Shown here in pieces: positions 1 to 10,265 of a stretch of DNA of 64,000 nucleotides. The notes beneath the pieces are model-generated. The model searched no databases. It was not told where the DNA came from and saw nothing but the letters and a program-made list of their open reading frames with translations. Made by a program: the position numbers and the translations under genes. The DNA lies in assembly GCA_965216445.1 (NCBI GenBank), contig OZ244166.1, forward strand, positions 1,284,013 to 1,348,012. The letters run 5' to 3'. The DNA comes from Acidimicrobiia bacterium. Its GTDB lineage: Bacteria > Actinomycetota > Acidimicrobiia > Spongiisociales > ZC4RG35. Within the stretch, counting starts at the first letter, position 1. Each line of letters starts with the position of its first letter.

Positions 1-413
1 TGGTCATATCAGTTGAGGCCGGCCTTGGTTTCGACTCCGCACTGTCGCGGGTTGTCGCGACAGTGCCGGGGCCGCTCTCGGAGGAGTTCTTCCGAATGCT
101 CCAGGAGACGAGAGTTGGTGTCAGCCGTCGCGAGGCGATGCGCCACCTCATGGACCGGACCGACCTCGATGAGCTCCGCTCTTTCCTCCTGGCGATGATT
201 CAGGCCGAAGCGTTTGGTGTGACCATCGCCAACGTGCTCCGTGTCCAGGCCGACGAGATGCGGGTGAAGCGGCGTCAGCGGGCACAGGAGAAGGCCTTTG
301 CTGCACCCGTGAAGCTGGTTTTCCCGCTGGTGTTCTGCATCTTCCCTTCGTTGTTCATTGTCTTGTTGGGTCCTGCCGCGATATCGATCGCTGACGCTTT
401 CGCCAGCACTTGA
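1..413 (+). CDS. Tad / type II secretion system F-domain protein (TadB/TadC-like), C-terminal part; the 5' end lies outside the window
   Basis: The frame is open from the window edge. The translation ...[45 protein letters not shown]...[22 protein letters not shown] plus a terminal TM helix is typical of T2SSF repeats. Flp pilin genes lie 2 kb away. Confidence 0.7.
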   Translation, partial: VISVEAGLGFDSALSRVVATVPGPLSEEFFRMLQETRVGVSRREAMRHLMDRTDLDELRSFLLAMIQAEAFGVTIANVLRVQADEMRVKRRQRAQEKAFAAPVKLVFPLVFCIFPSLFIVLLGPAAISIADAFAST

Positions 414-1756
414 TGCAAGAAGCGGACACTGACCGGGGTGGACGCTTCTCGCTAGCGCACCTGCTCCTCTTGGTGCCGTGGGTTGCGCTGGTGATCGATG
501 CGTGGTCACCGATTTCGGACAATTCTTTCCTGTGGCACATCCGGGCCGGCACGCTCCAGGCTTCAGAGGGGTCAGTATTGACCACAGACCCGTTTTCTTT
601 CACTGCAGGTGGAAACACGTGGCTCACGCAAAGCTGGCTGGCAGAGCTGGCTTATGCCCGTCTCGAGGATCTAGCGGGCCTCGACTTCGTTCCCTGGATG
701 CTCTTGACCGTCACCGGTTTGACGTTTTTTGGAGTCGGACTCATCGCCTATAAGGCCTCAGGCAGTGTGTTGGCGACAGCTGTGGTGCTACTCCTATCAA
801 CCGTTTCGTTGGTCAGCTTCTTGGTGCCGCGCCCAGTCATCTTCTCCTATTTGCTGTTTGTCCTCGTCATCCTGGCTTGGGAGCGACCTGGCGTTCGATG
901 GACGCTTCCTTTCCTGTTCTGGATATGGGCCTCGGTGCATGGGTCGTTTTTTGTAGGTCTCGCCTACGTCGGTCTACGGCTCATTTCCAAGAAGGAGTGG
1001 AAGGCCCTGCCTTTCCCGATAGCCGCCGGACTGGCGACCTTGCTCACCGCACATGGGGTGGGGATCCTCCGTATTCTCCTCGATTTCATGGCAGCCCGCC
1101 CCTATCTGAGTCTTCTGACAGAGTGGCGGACTCCGGAGCTGTTATCGCCGGTTTTCTTTCCGGTCTTTCTCGGACTGGGTTTGATCCTCTATGGAGCGAC
1201 GAAACAGAAAATCGGCCCGCTCGATCTGTTTGTCGTGCTCCCATTCCTGGCTCTGGGACTAACGGCGCTCCGTTCCGTGCCACCAGCCTGGATAGCGCTC
1301 CTGGTTCCCGTGAGCGTGAGCATGTCGGGTTGGGGGTCGAGGCTTCCAAAGAGATTCGGAACGGGCCCCACATTGGCTTTTGTGGCGTTGGTTGCTGTCC
1401 TGCCTTTCTTCCTTGCAGAAGCTGGCGGCCTTCGAGAAGGACGCTTTCCCGAAGAATTGGCCCAGAGCTTGGGGCCCGCACCCGTCTTTCATGACGATGT
1501 TGTCGGTGGCTACCTGATCTACGCCCAGGGACCGGAACTGCAGGTGTTCATTGACGATAGGGCTGAGCTCTATCAGCAAGGTATCGAGGAATTTGTAGAC
1601 ATCCGCAACGGACGTGAGCCTTGGGAGCCGGTTTTTGAAGAGTACGGCATTGGCCAGGCGTTATTGCGCGACGAGGAACCGATGGTTGGGTGGCTCGAGG
1701 AATCCGGGTGGCATGTCGCCGCAGAGGAGGAAGGGTTCGTGCTCCTCAGCCGATAA
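413..1756 (+). CDS. polytopic integral membrane protein of unknown function, about 10 TM segments plus a C-terminal soluble domain
   Basis: 447/448-aa ORF. The ATG at 413 overlaps the upstream TGA (TGATG). Long runs of hydrophobic segments; I recognise no diagnostic motif. Confidence 0.6.
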   Translation: MQEADTDRGGRFSLAHLLLLVPWVALVIDAWSPISDNSFLWHIRAGTLQASEGSVLTTDPFSFTAGGNTWLTQSWLAELAYARLEDLAGLDFVPWMLLTVTGLTFFGVGLIAYKASGSVLATAVVLLLSTVSLVSFLVPRPVIFSYLLFVLVILAWERPGVRWTLPFLFWIWASVHGSFFVGLAYVGLRLISKKEWKALPFPIAAGLATLLTAHGVGILRILLDFMAARPYLSLLTEWRTPELLSPVFFPVFLGLGLILYGATKQKIGPLDLFVVLPFLALGLTALRSVPPAWIALLVPVSVSMSGWGSRLPKRFGTGPTLAFVALVAVLPFFLAEAGGLREGRFPEELAQSLGPAPVFHDDVVGGYLIYAQGPELQVFIDDRAELYQQGIEEFVDIRNGREPWEPVFEEYGIGQALLRDEEPMVGWLEESGWHVAAEEEGFVLLSR

Positions 1757-1770
1757 ACGCCGACATCCGG

Positions 1771-2187
1771 CTAGAGACTCCATCGACGTTGCCAGCTCGG
1801 AGGTATCTCAAGATCAAGCCCGTACAGGTAACGGATGATCTGCCCCTGGTGCTGAACCTCATGGAGCAGCAGGTTTAGCACCAGCTGATGGTCAGGGTCG
1901 GCTTCTGCGAGCGCCGTAGCTAACCCGCGACTGGCTGTAAGCGCTTGCTCCAGCGGTTCGCGTTTTCCCCGATCGTCAGATGTCAAGGAACAGGAGAACC
2001 CCTGCCATTCGCCGCTCTCGAGGGCCTTGGTGACGCTTTCTCTAACACCAACGACACACCACAGCTGGTCCCAAAGCCGGTTGGAGGGGACGGGGAGTTT
2101 CTGGTTCAGCCCGTCATCAGAAAGGCTGGTGAGAAGGTCATCGTATAGGTCGAAGCTCTGATTCAAGCTTTTGATCGTGGGAGTCAC
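1771..2187 (-). CDS. DinB-superfamily-like protein
   Basis: 138-aa ORF. The C-terminal HEVQHQGQ motif and the size fit DinB_2-type four-helix-bundle metal-binding proteins. The assignment is tentative. Confidence 0.5.
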   Translation of the reverse strand: MTPTIKSLNQSFDLYDDLLTSLSDDGLNQKLPVPSNRLWDQLWCVVGVRESVTKALESGEWQGFSCSLTSDDRGKREPLEQALTASRGLATALAEADPDHQLVLNLLLHEVQHQGQIIRYLYGLDLEIPPSWQRRWSL

Positions 2188-2227
2188 GACCGCATTCTAC
2201 GACCTGCGTGGTCGACCGAATACGCAA

Positions 2228-2256
2228 GAAAAAGGGACCCACCGAAGCGGGTCCCC
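2228..2256 (-). terminator. rho-independent terminator downstream of the Flp pilin genes
   Basis: Read on the minus strand: GGGACCC-gcttcggt-GGGTCCC followed by TTTTTC, starting about 25 nt after the flp stop codon. Confidence 0.65.
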
Positions 2257-2279
2257 TAATCGTTAGTTATCGGACTGAA

Positions 2280-2456
2280 CTACTGGTCGAGACCAGAGCC
2301 GATCTCGCTGAAGGTCTCTGAGACCTGGTCACCGGCGAATGACACGGCGACGAGAGCGATGATGGCAATCAGTACAACGAGAAGTGCATACTCAACCATT
2401 GAGGCACCCTTCTCCGACTGAGTCCAGCTTGTTACCTTGGTCCACAAAGCAAGCAT
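2280..2456 (-). CDS. flp: Flp family type IVb pilin (prepilin), copy 1
   Basis: 58-aa ORF, below the ORF-track size cut-off. I translated it by hand: MLALWTKVTSWTQSEKGASMVEYALLVVLIAIIALVAVSFAGDQVSETFSEIGSGLDQ. It has the Flp processing motif G/ASMVEY followed by a hydrophobic helix. An AAGGAGG Shine-Dalgarno sequence ends 5 nt before the ATG. Confidence 0.85.
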   Translation of the reverse strand: MLALWTKVTSWTQSEKGASMVEYALLVVLIAIIALVAVSFAGDQVSETFSEIGSGLDQ

Positions 2457-2766
2457 GTACCCCTCCTTGGGTAGACTTTCTTGGACTTACACTGAGCAAA
2501 TTAGCTCTTGTGCTCTTACTCGCAATGGGTCTTTCGTCCCATCGCTATAAGCGTTTATCGGCCGCTACAGGATAATTCTTAATGGCTGAATCGTGGGTAA
2601 ATCGACCTATTTGCCGCCGAGTTCCACGTTGCGATGACCTGATAACTGGTCAACTTGGAAGCGATGGATCACCTGAGGATGTGTCGACCCGGAGGCGCGA
2701 CTACTGATAGAAATGCGGCGATTTGAGAAGTTCGAGCTGTTGCCCGGGCCCTGGAGATGATGCGAA

Positions 2767-2940
2767 TCAGGGTCCGGCGTTGACGAGGCCGGAGTTGATC
2801 TCGCTGTAGAGCTCCGATGTCTCCTCACCCATGAAGCTGACAGCAATGAGTGCGACGATGGCGATGAGCACGACCAGAAGGGCATATTCCACCATTGAGG
2901 CGCCTTTCTCGGTGTTGAGCCATTGCATAAGCTTGGTCAT
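2767..2940 (-). CDS. flp: Flp family type IVb pilin (prepilin), copy 2
   Basis: 57-aa ORF, not in the ORF track: MTKLMQWLNTEKGASMVEYALLVVLIAIVALIAVSFMGEETSELYSEINSGLVNAGP. It has the same G/ASMVEYALLVVLIAI core as copy 1. An AAGGAGA Shine-Dalgarno sequence lies upstream. Confidence 0.85.
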   Translation of the reverse strand: MTKLMQWLNTEKGASMVEYALLVVLIAIVALIAVSFMGEETSELYSEINSGLVNAGP

Positions 2941-3016
2941 AGGTTCTCCTTTACACCCATAAGGTTACGGCCGGGTGCGCGGTTTCGAGATGGGTCTACT
3001 GGCCCAATATCCTCTC

Positions 3017-3655
3017 CTACTTGGGGTTGGCAAATCCAAGGCGGATGGCCTCTATTGCCGCCTGGGTACGGTCTGCAACAGCCAACTTCTGGAAGATCGA
3101 AGCCAGGTGGTTCTTGACGGTCTTTTGCGAAATGAAGAGGCGCTCAGCTAATTCGTCTGTGGCGGAAACCCCTACTGCCAGGAGTTGCAGCAGCTCGATT
3201 TCTCGCGGGGTCAGGGCAGCAGCACCCGGGTCCAGTTGGGCCGACATATAGGCCTCGAGGGTCTTGTCGCGGGTTTCATCGTCGAGGTCGATGAGGATCT
3301 CACCCGCCGCGACCGCTCTGATCGCTGCCGCCAGTGTCGTCAGCGGCACACCTTTCGAGAAGAACCCCATAGCACCTGCGGTTTTCGCCCGTTCTCGCTG
3401 TTCCTCCGAAGCGTGCATCGAGACCACGATGGATCGGTGCCTCGTGCTCAATCGGGAAATGGACTCGATTCCATCGCCGCCGGGCATTTCGATATCGACG
3501 ACACAAACCTCAGCGGGTTGGCTTTCCAGTGCTTCCTCGAGATCCTGCCCGGAGTTGACAACGCCCACTACTCGGGCGTCAGGAAGCCCGTCAAGGGCCT
3601 GCGATAGGCCCTCTGCGAATAGTTTGTGATCATCTGCGACCATGACTCGAATCAT
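3017..3655 (-). CDS. NarL/LuxR-family two-component response regulator
   Basis: REC domain (MIRVMVADDH...DIEMPGGDG) plus a C-terminal LuxR helix-turn-helix (LTPREIELLQLLAVGVSATDELAERLFISQKTVKNH). I moved the start to the ATG at 3655, which forms an ATGA overlap with the kinase stop codon. Confidence 0.9.
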   Translation of the reverse strand: MIRVMVADDHKLFAEGLSQALDGLPDARVVGVVNSGQDLEEALESQPAEVCVVDIEMPGGDGIESISRLSTRHRSIVVSMHASEEQRERAKTAGAMGFFSKGVPLTTLAAAIRAVAAGEILIDLDDETRDKTLEAYMSAQLDPGAAALTPREIELLQLLAVGVSATDELAERLFISQKTVKNHLASIFQKLAVADRTQAAIEAIRLGFANPK

Positions 3656-5151
3656 TGGTTTCCCCAATCGACTTTTACGGTTGTACCCACACCGGGTTCT
3701 GAGTTAAACGAAATGCTTGCACCTATCTTTTCGGCACGTTCTCGCATCCCTGTAAGCCCAAAATGCCCTTCTGGCTCATATTCTGGATCGAATCCAATTC
3801 CGTTGTCGCTTACCGAACACGACCCAAAAGCGCGATCGACCCTCCCGGAAACGATGATTTTGTCTGCTTTGGAGTGCTGGTGGGCATTGCGCATCGCTTC
3901 GGTGAGGATTGACGTCAGATCACCGACTAGTGCAGGCCGTGGGGGTCGTCTTTCGTCAAGGTCGACGACTATCTCAGGATCACCGTCGAGCAGGGTGCTC
4001 GATTGCAGAATTCGGGCAGTGAGCGTGGGTCCTGGTGCGCTTCTGAGATCCGCCACCGTTTCCCTCACATCTTCCACCAGTTTGGTGACGTTGGAGCGAA
4101 GGACCATCAAGTCGGCAGCCAGTTCGGGCTGATCAGCCTGTTGCATTGCCGCCATATCCAACGAAAGGCCAAGTGAGGCGAGGGAAGGTCCGATTTCGTC
4201 GTGCATTTCCCTGGCGAGCCTGATTCTCTCCTCAGCCACGGCGGATCCGACGATCTCTTCGAGGAGCCTCAAGTTGGCGAAGGCGATGGCGACAGGGCGT
4301 ATGACCTTCTCCACCTCCAGCTCGTCATCTCGGGTGATGATGGTCGCGGTAGTCAATTCCAGCCTGCCGACGTCAGCGTCAACAGTCGCCAGAGGGAAAA
4401 CCCTCGTATAGCCGGACGGGTCGGGCACGCCGCGTGCGGCCAAAACCACCGGTCCGTCGCCATTGTCGACCAGGAGCTTCGCCGAAGAGCCCTCGAAGCG
4501 TGAGAGAAGACCGTCGAGGGTGGTGGCTCCAACCTCGACCGCATTCAGTCGACCGGCCGAGATATCTTCAGAGAGTTTCAGGAGGAGGCTGTGAGTCTCT
4601 TCGAGGGCCGCCAATTCCTGACGAGTTGTGCGACTAACGGACTCGAATTCGGTGGCCTGTTCGAACATGTCGTCGAGGAGGCGTCGTAGTGCTCCAATGA
4701 GTAGGACGAAAATGAAATAGAGAGCGGCTCCGGTGGCGACGCGACTTAGGGGAACCTCGGTCGGGAGGCTGATAAGTGCCAACAGGCCCGCGGAAAGGGC
4801 TCCCGTGGTAAACCCGGATCGAAACCCGCCGTGAATCGTCGCCAACATGGCTGGCCCCACGCTCAAGAGAAGATAAGGGCTGTTGGCTCCGCCTGTGAGT
4901 GTCAGGGCGACTGCTAGAAGAATCGCCCCAGACAGGGTTACAGCTTCTACCCCGAAGCGAATCCTGAACCATTCAAGGGGAATGGCGGCGGTTCCAACCA
5001 GGAATAGGGTCCCGATCGCGACGGCGATCAGGGACTGGGGGTTGCTTCCGTTGGTTCCGAGGTCAGCAACGATCCCGACGACCAGGGCAACCAGGAGACC
5101 GACCAGGATCGTTCGGTGGACCCGAAGTTCCCAGGGTGCAAATACGGGCAT
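3652..5151 (-). CDS. sensor histidine kinase (HisKA_3 / NarX-DesK type) with a multi-TM N-terminus
   Basis: 499-aa ORF. N-terminal TM helices, a central GAF-like region, the H-box EERIRLAREMHDEIGPSL, and HATPase motifs (NAHQHS, DNGIGF, GHFGLTGMRERA). Confidence 0.85.
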   Translation of the reverse strand: MPVFAPWELRVHRTILVGLLVALVVGIVADLGTNGSNPQSLIAVAIGTLFLVGTAAIPLEWFRIRFGVEAVTLSGAILLAVALTLTGGANSPYLLLSVGPAMLATIHGGFRSGFTTGALSAGLLALISLPTEVPLSRVATGAALYFIFVLLIGALRRLLDDMFEQATEFESVSRTTRQELAALEETHSLLLKLSEDISAGRLNAVEVGATTLDGLLSRFEGSSAKLLVDNGDGPVVLAARGVPDPSGYTRVFPLATVDADVGRLELTTATIITRDDELEVEKVIRPVAIAFANLRLLEEIVGSAVAEERIRLAREMHDEIGPSLASLGLSLDMAAMQQADQPELAADLMVLRSNVTKLVEDVRETVADLRSAPGPTLTARILQSSTLLDGDPEIVVDLDERRPPRPALVGDLTSILTEAMRNAHQHSKADKIIVSGRVDRAFGSCSVSDNGIGFDPEYEPEGHFGLTGMRERAEKIGASISFNSEPGVGTTVKVDWGNQ

Positions 5152-5175
5152 CCTTAGAGGCTACCGTGGATTCTC

Positions 5176-5778
5176 GTGACCTCTATGCACCAAAACTGGC
5201 TTCTGTCCGGAGGCATCGGCTCGGGAAAGTCTTCAGTGCGTCGCGCTCTGGAGACCCACGGTGTGGCGACCATCGATGCCGACTCGGTGGGCCACAAAGT
5301 CCTCGCGGTTGGGGGTGAGGCGACCGATGACATCGCGGCCACTTGGCCATCGGTAGTTGTAGAGGGTGTAATTGACCGGTCCCGTCTTGGAAAGATCGTC
5401 TTCTCAGACCCCGATGCGCTTCGGAAACTTGAATCGATAACTCATCCGTACATCTTTCGGATCATCAGCGAGAAAGTAGAAACCTCTCAGACTCCTGTAG
5501 TCGTCGAAATCCCGCTACTGATCCAGCCGTTTGCGTCACCGTGGAAGCGGATCGTCGTTGACGCGGATACCGAAACTCGTCTGGATCGAGCCGTCGGTAG
5601 GGGACTGGACGAAGCAACCGTCCGCGACAGGATGGCGGCGCAACCAACACGTGGGGAGTGGCTGGCCGCTGCTGATTTGGTGGTACCAAATAACGGAACT
5701 CTCGAGGAGCTCCAGCTAGCTACTTCGCAAATAGTGCCCTTGATCATTGGAGGAGGGGCCGGAGCCGGTCCCACCTGA
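5176..5778 (+). CDS. coaE: dephospho-CoA kinase
   Basis: P-loop LLSGGIGSGKSSV at the N-terminus, about 200 aa, and the conserved actinobacterial position directly upstream of uvrB. The start is GTG 5176 or ATG 5185. Confidence 0.85.
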   Translation: MTSMHQNWLLSGGIGSGKSSVRRALETHGVATIDADSVGHKVLAVGGEATDDIAATWPSVVVEGVIDRSRLGKIVFSDPDALRKLESITHPYIFRIISEKVETSQTPVVVEIPLLIQPFASPWKRIVVDADTETRLDRAVGRGLDEATVRDRMAAQPTRGEWLAAADLVVPNNGTLEELQLATSQIVPLIIGGGAGAGPT

Positions 5779-5826
5779 TTTTCTGTCGCCAGCTTTTCTG
5801 TCACTGGGGCGCGGTACCCTTGTCTG

Positions 5827-7833
5827 GTGCCAAAGTTTGAAGTCGTTTCTGAGTTCGCTCCAGCCGGAGATCAACCCAAAGCCATAGAGAAGCTTGCCGA
5901 TGGGATCAAGCGAGGAGATCGCTTCCAAACGCTGCTCGGGATCACCGGATCGGGGAAATCGGCGACCATGGCCTGGACGATTGAGCAGGTCCAGAAGCCA
6001 ACGCTGGTCATCGCACCCAACAAGGCACTCGCTGCGCAGCTAGCCAACGAGTTCCGACAGTTCTTCCCGCACAACAGGGTGGAGTACTTCGTCTCCTACT
6101 ACGACTATTACCAGCCAGAGGCGTACATGCCGCAGACAGACACCTTCATCGAGAAGGATGCAACGGTCAACGACGAAATCGACCGGCTCCGGCATGCTGC
6201 GACAGCCGGCCTCTTGGTCCGCGACGACGTCATCATCGTTGCCTCGGTCAGTTGCATCTACGGTCTCGGTTCCCCTGAGCAGTACGAGGGCCAGCTGTTG
6301 CGTTTGGTTGGCGGTGTGGAGTATCCAATGCAGGACGCCATCAAACGCCTTGTCGACATCCAGTACGAGCGCAACGAGGTCCAGCTGATCAGAGGCAAGT
6401 TCCGGGTCAGGGGTGACACCCTGGAGGTTTTTCCCTCTTACGAGGAGACAATTGTTCGGGTTCAGTACTGGGGTGATGACATCGAGCGAATCCTGCGATT
6501 GAACCCCGTTACTGGCGAGGTCATCGACGAGCTGTCCGAGCTTTTCATCTTTCCGGCCACTCACTATGTGACCGAGCGGGAACGGATGCTCAAGGCGATT
6601 GACAGCATTGAAACCGAGTTAGAGGAGCGCCTCGCTGAGTTCGAGCGCAAGGGCCAGATGTTGGAGGCGCAGAGGCTTCGGATGCGAACCAACTACGACC
6701 TGGAAATGATGCGGGAGGTTGGATTCTGTTCAGGTATCGAGAACTATTCGCGACATCTCGATGGGCGCAAAGAGGGCGAGGCGCCCTATACGTTGCTCGA
6801 CTACTTCCCCGATGACTACCTGACAATCATCGATGAATCACATGTGACGGTTCCCCAAATCGGTGGCCAGTTCTCGGGTGATCGGTCGCGCAAGGACGTT
6901 CTGGTCGACCACGGTTTCCGATTGCCGTCAGCCAAAGACAACCGGCCCCTGCGGTTCGATGAATGGTTGGACAAGGCAAATCAGGTTGTGTTCCTCTCTG
7001 CGACGCCGAGTGACTTCGAGGTTGGGCACAGCACCCAGGTGGTCGAGCAGATCATCCGTCCTACCGGATTGGTGGACCCCGAGGTGATGGTTCGGCCCAC
7101 CAAAGGTCAGATCGATGACCTACTCGGCGAGATACGGGAGCGTGCTGCCGCCGAGCAACGGGTTTTGGTCACCACCCTTACCAAGAAGATGGCTGAAGAC
7201 CTCACCGACTATCTCCTGGAGATGGGGGTGCGGGCCCGTTACATGCACTCCGAAATCGATACCTTGGAGAGAGTTCAGATCATGCGGGAGCTCAGGCTCG
7301 GGGACTTCGATGTCCTTGTTGGGATCAACCTGCTCCGTGAGGGTCTCGACCTCCCCGAGGTCTCGCTGGTGGCGATTCTCGATGCAGACAAAGAAGGATT
7401 CCTTCGGTCAGCTACTTCACTGATTCAGATAATTGGACGTGCTGCTCGAAACGTCGATGGTCAGGTGGTGATGTATGCCGACAATCTCACCGACTCCATG
7501 AAGAAGGCAATCTACGAGACCAACCGGCGTCGCGAGGTGCAGCGAGAGTGGAACGAGGAGCACGGCATCGACCCGACCACAATCCGGAAGACGGTCTCAG
7601 ACATCCTGGAGTTGGTCCAGAGTGAGGCTCCGGGCCCGGGACGGCGCCGGCGCGAGACCGAGGCCCGCAAACCTCTTGACCTCGAAGGCGAGGATCTCAC
7701 GAGACTCATCCTCAGCCTTGAAGAGGAAATGCACGAAGCAGCGAAGGAACTTCGGTTCGAATACGCCGCCCGCCTCCGCGATGAGGTCAATGAGCTGAAG
7801 CGGGAACTCCGCGAGGTAGCTGAGGCTGGCTAG
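5827..7833 (+). CDS. uvrB: excinuclease ABC subunit B
   Basis: 668 aa. N-terminal [17 protein letters not shown], Walker A GITGSGKS, helicase motifs, and the C-terminal UVR domain ([11 protein letters not shown]). Confidence 0.97.
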   Translation: MPKFEVVSEFAPAGDQPKAIEKLADGIKRGDRFQTLLGITGSGKSATMAWTIEQVQKPTLVIAPNKALAAQLANEFRQFFPHNRVEYFVSYYDYYQPEAYMPQTDTFIEKDATVNDEIDRLRHAATAGLLVRDDVIIVASVSCIYGLGSPEQYEGQLLRLVGGVEYPMQDAIKRLVDIQYERNEVQLIRGKFRVRGDTLEVFPSYEETIVRVQYWGDDIERILRLNPVTGEVIDELSELFIFPATHYVTERERMLKAIDSIETELEERLAEFERKGQMLEAQRLRMRTNYDLEMMREVGFCSGIENYSRHLDGRKEGEAPYTLLDYFPDDYLTIIDESHVTVPQIGGQFSGDRSRKDVLVDHGFRLPSAKDNRPLRFDEWLDKANQVVFLSATPSDFEVGHSTQVVEQIIRPTGLVDPEVMVRPTKGQIDDLLGEIRERAAAEQRVLVTTLTKKMAEDLTDYLLEMGVRARYMHSEIDTLERVQIMRELRLGDFDVLVGINLLREGLDLPEVSLVAILDADKEGFLRSATSLIQIIGRAARNVDGQVVMYADNLTDSMKKAIYETNRRREVQREWNEEHGIDPTTIRKTVSDILELVQSEAPGPGRRRRETEARKPLDLEGEDLTRLILSLEEEMHEAAKELRFEYAARLRDEVNELKRELREVAEAG

Positions 7834-8977
7834 GCGGGTTGATCAGTCGCTCAGTGACGGCTGCTACGACAAACAGCGCAACACCGGCCTGGGTCAACCA
7901 CGGAATATCCGTTGGGACCATGAGTAGGAGCCCAGCCACGATGACGCCACGAGATGCCAGGTGGGTGGTTCCCTCGATCAGAATTGTCAGAACAAAAGGA
8001 ATCAAGAACAGCGCGTAGTGCGGCCAGGAGATTGGCACGAGGACCGTTGCCAACGAGAGAATCAGCAGGCCATCTACCGCGACGGAGTGATGGCGGCTCG
8101 AGACCCAAGCCAGGACACCAACCAGAGCCACGAGAACCACCGCTGCAAAAGCCAGAGGGTCGAAGCTGTCCAATATCGGATATCCAAAGGAGACGTTGAA
8201 GTCAGAGAATCCGAAATTTGACGTGGCGCTGAACAGGGCGTCAACTGCATCGACAAGACGAACCTCAGGCAGAAGCACCGGGCCCAGATTGAGAACGATA
8301 AGACCGAGGGCTGCAACGATGACCGTCCGCCATCGGCGTCGGACGGCGGCATAGACGATGAGGATCGCGGGAAAAACCTTCAACGTGGCTGCGAAAGCAA
8401 TAGGGACGCCAGCCCAACCCGAGTCGGATCGATCGGCCACAAGAACGTACCAAGCTATGAACAGCGCCACGATTGCAGACACGTTGCTGAATTTGAGGTT
8501 CCACAGCATCGGTGCGCACCAGGCCATGGCGACCGCGCTGAACAACCAGAGCGGATCGCCTCTCTTCCACAAAACTGTCCCAAGAATCGGGATTGTAAGA
8601 AAGACGGAGAGGAGGTTGTTCCATTGGGTGGCTTCCTCGATATCGAGGAGGGTCCAAGGGATGGCCAGAACAATGGCGCCGGGAGTGCGTGGGGTCCGGG
8701 TGGGTTCTAGCTCTGTTCCCGGTTCACCCGGTGGTTCGTAAGCGCCGGGAGCGTACTCATTCGTGAGGGAGTGAAGGTCACGGTATGGGTTATCACCGGA
8801 GAGCAGGGCATCGGCGACTATCCAGTCGTTCTTGATGTCTGCGAAGGACGGGTCGTAGTCAGAAAACCACCCGGAAAGCTGCATCGTTGACCAGAGAACG
8901 ACGACGATTGGGAGGAGTGCGACCAAAAGGAATGCCCGCGGGTCCCTGAACGATTTCGATTCCGGAGCAAGATGCAC
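7787..8977 (-). CDS. GT87/DUF2029-family polytopic membrane glycosyltransferase, paralog 1
   Basis: 396 aa, multi-TM. It shares family motifs with the next two genes: [15 protein letters not shown] in the first loop, TRTPRTPGA, and [17 protein letters not shown]. The 3' end overlaps the 3' end of uvrB by 47 nt (convergent genes). Confidence 0.7.
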   Translation of the reverse strand: MHLAPESKSFRDPRAFLLVALLPIVVVLWSTMQLSGWFSDYDPSFADIKNDWIVADALLSGDNPYRDLHSLTNEYAPGAYEPPGEPGTELEPTRTPRTPGAIVLAIPWTLLDIEEATQWNNLLSVFLTIPILGTVLWKRGDPLWLFSAVAMAWCAPMLWNLKFSNVSAIVALFIAWYVLVADRSDSGWAGVPIAFAATLKVFPAILIVYAAVRRRWRTVIVAALGLIVLNLGPVLLPEVRLVDAVDALFSATSNFGFSDFNVSFGYPILDSFDPLAFAAVVLVALVGVLAWVSSRHHSVAVDGLLILSLATVLVPISWPHYALFLIPFVLTILIEGTTHLASRGVIVAGLLLMVPTDIPWLTQAGVALFVVAAVTERLINPPSQPQLPRGVPASAH

Positions 8978-9115
8978 GATGAAGAGCTTCGCACAACAAA
9001 TACAGGATCTGCTCGATTAGACCGATGTTTGATACTCGCGTCCTAGTCTTTTGGTCGTCTGGGAGCTGAATCTCGAACGCCGGTTTTCCCGGTGGGCTGA
9101 CCGTGGAGTGTAAAT

Positions 9116-10261
9116 GTGAATCCGGATGATCGATGGCTGATCCGACCGAGCGTCCTCTCGGCATTCGGCTGGGTACTTGTTGCGTTTGGTGTGGTCACGA
9201 TCGTTTTCTCCCTGATTCAGGGGCCGGCCTACGAGATTCCAGTTACCGACTTCGGTAGAGACCTCGTCGGGGCCGACCTAGCCCGGAACGGTCAGAGCCC
9301 CTACCAGGAGATTTCCGGGCTCCCGCCGACAGACGTAGTCGGAGGTGTTGGGACGGGAGATAGCTGGATAGCGCACTCGCCTTTGGCAATCTCCATGGCG
9401 CGCACGATGCTGGCGGTGTTCGACGCCAAAACCGCAGAAACAGTCGCCAAAGTCTTGGGCGTTGGCGTCCTCATTGGCATCCTCGTTTGGTTGATCTGGG
9501 GGAAAGGCGCGATTGGCAGACCGTGGGCATCAGCCATAGCGGGTTCGGTTGCTCTATTGATGGGCGTTCGTTCGGACATTTTTTGGATCCAGGGAGCGTC
9601 AATTGTCGCAATGGGCATGGTGGGTGTTTTGGCGTTGATCCACAGCGATCGGCGCCACATCGGACTGGTTCTTCTCGGGGTATTGGTGGCATGGCGGCCG
9701 TGGCTCGCTCCATTGGCGCTATTTCTCCCGAGGGGAAAGTCGGCATTGGTAGACGTCACGGTTGTAGGCGGAGTGGCCGTAACGGCCACTCTTGCAGCGC
9801 TTCCAGCAGTTGGTGGCTGGGAATCGCTCACTGACTGGATCACGGTTGCTCTGCCCGAAAACCTTGCCTTCTATCAGACCTACGAATGGAACCAAAGCGT
9901 GGTGAGCCCATACGTGCCCCCTAATATCGGGACTGGCCTCTACCTCCTGGTGCCACTCCTTTTGGCCAGATTTCGTAGACGCTTGGACGAGGCGGTCTGG
10001 CCACTGGTTGGAGCCCTGGTGGTCGTGGCAGTTTCTCCAATTGTCTGGTCCCAGTACTGGTTGGCGCTTGTGCCAAGCTTCATCTGGGGCCGGCAGCACC
10101 GGCCGGAAGCGCTAACTCTGATGTTCCTTGTGATGATGTGGCCGGTGGCCGAATCTTCGGCCAGCTTTGCGCGGCTGACTTCATATCTCGCCATTGCGAT
10201 TGGCTCATTTGTGGCCTTCTCGGTGCGCAGCCGATCTACCGAGTCAGTGCGTGTGGGGTGA
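9116..10261 (+). CDS. GT87/DUF2029-like polytopic membrane glycosyltransferase, paralog 2 (most divergent)
   Basis: 381 aa, multi-TM. Equivalent motifs: DFGRDLVGADLARNGQSPY and VAWRPWLAPLALFLPRGK. Transcribed divergently from paralog 1. Confidence 0.6.
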   Translation: MNPDDRWLIRPSVLSAFGWVLVAFGVVTIVFSLIQGPAYEIPVTDFGRDLVGADLARNGQSPYQEISGLPPTDVVGGVGTGDSWIAHSPLAISMARTMLAVFDAKTAETVAKVLGVGVLIGILVWLIWGKGAIGRPWASAIAGSVALLMGVRSDIFWIQGASIVAMGMVGVLALIHSDRRHIGLVLLGVLVAWRPWLAPLALFLPRGKSALVDVTVVGGVAVTATLAALPAVGGWESLTDWITVALPENLAFYQTYEWNQSVVSPYVPPNIGTGLYLLVPLLLARFRRRLDEAVWPLVGALVVVAVSPIVWSQYWLALVPSFIWGRQHRPEALTLMFLVMMWPVAESSASFARLTSYLAIAIGSFVAFSVRSRSTESVRVG

Positions 10262-10265
10262 ATCC

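Noticed and set aside
2607-2885. A 92-aa minus-strand ORF in the flp region.
   Set aside because: It overlaps the 57-aa Flp pilin gene in a different frame and is a Ser/Arg-rich peptide with no Shine-Dalgarno sequence. The pilin frame has the canonical Flp motif and a ribosome-binding site.
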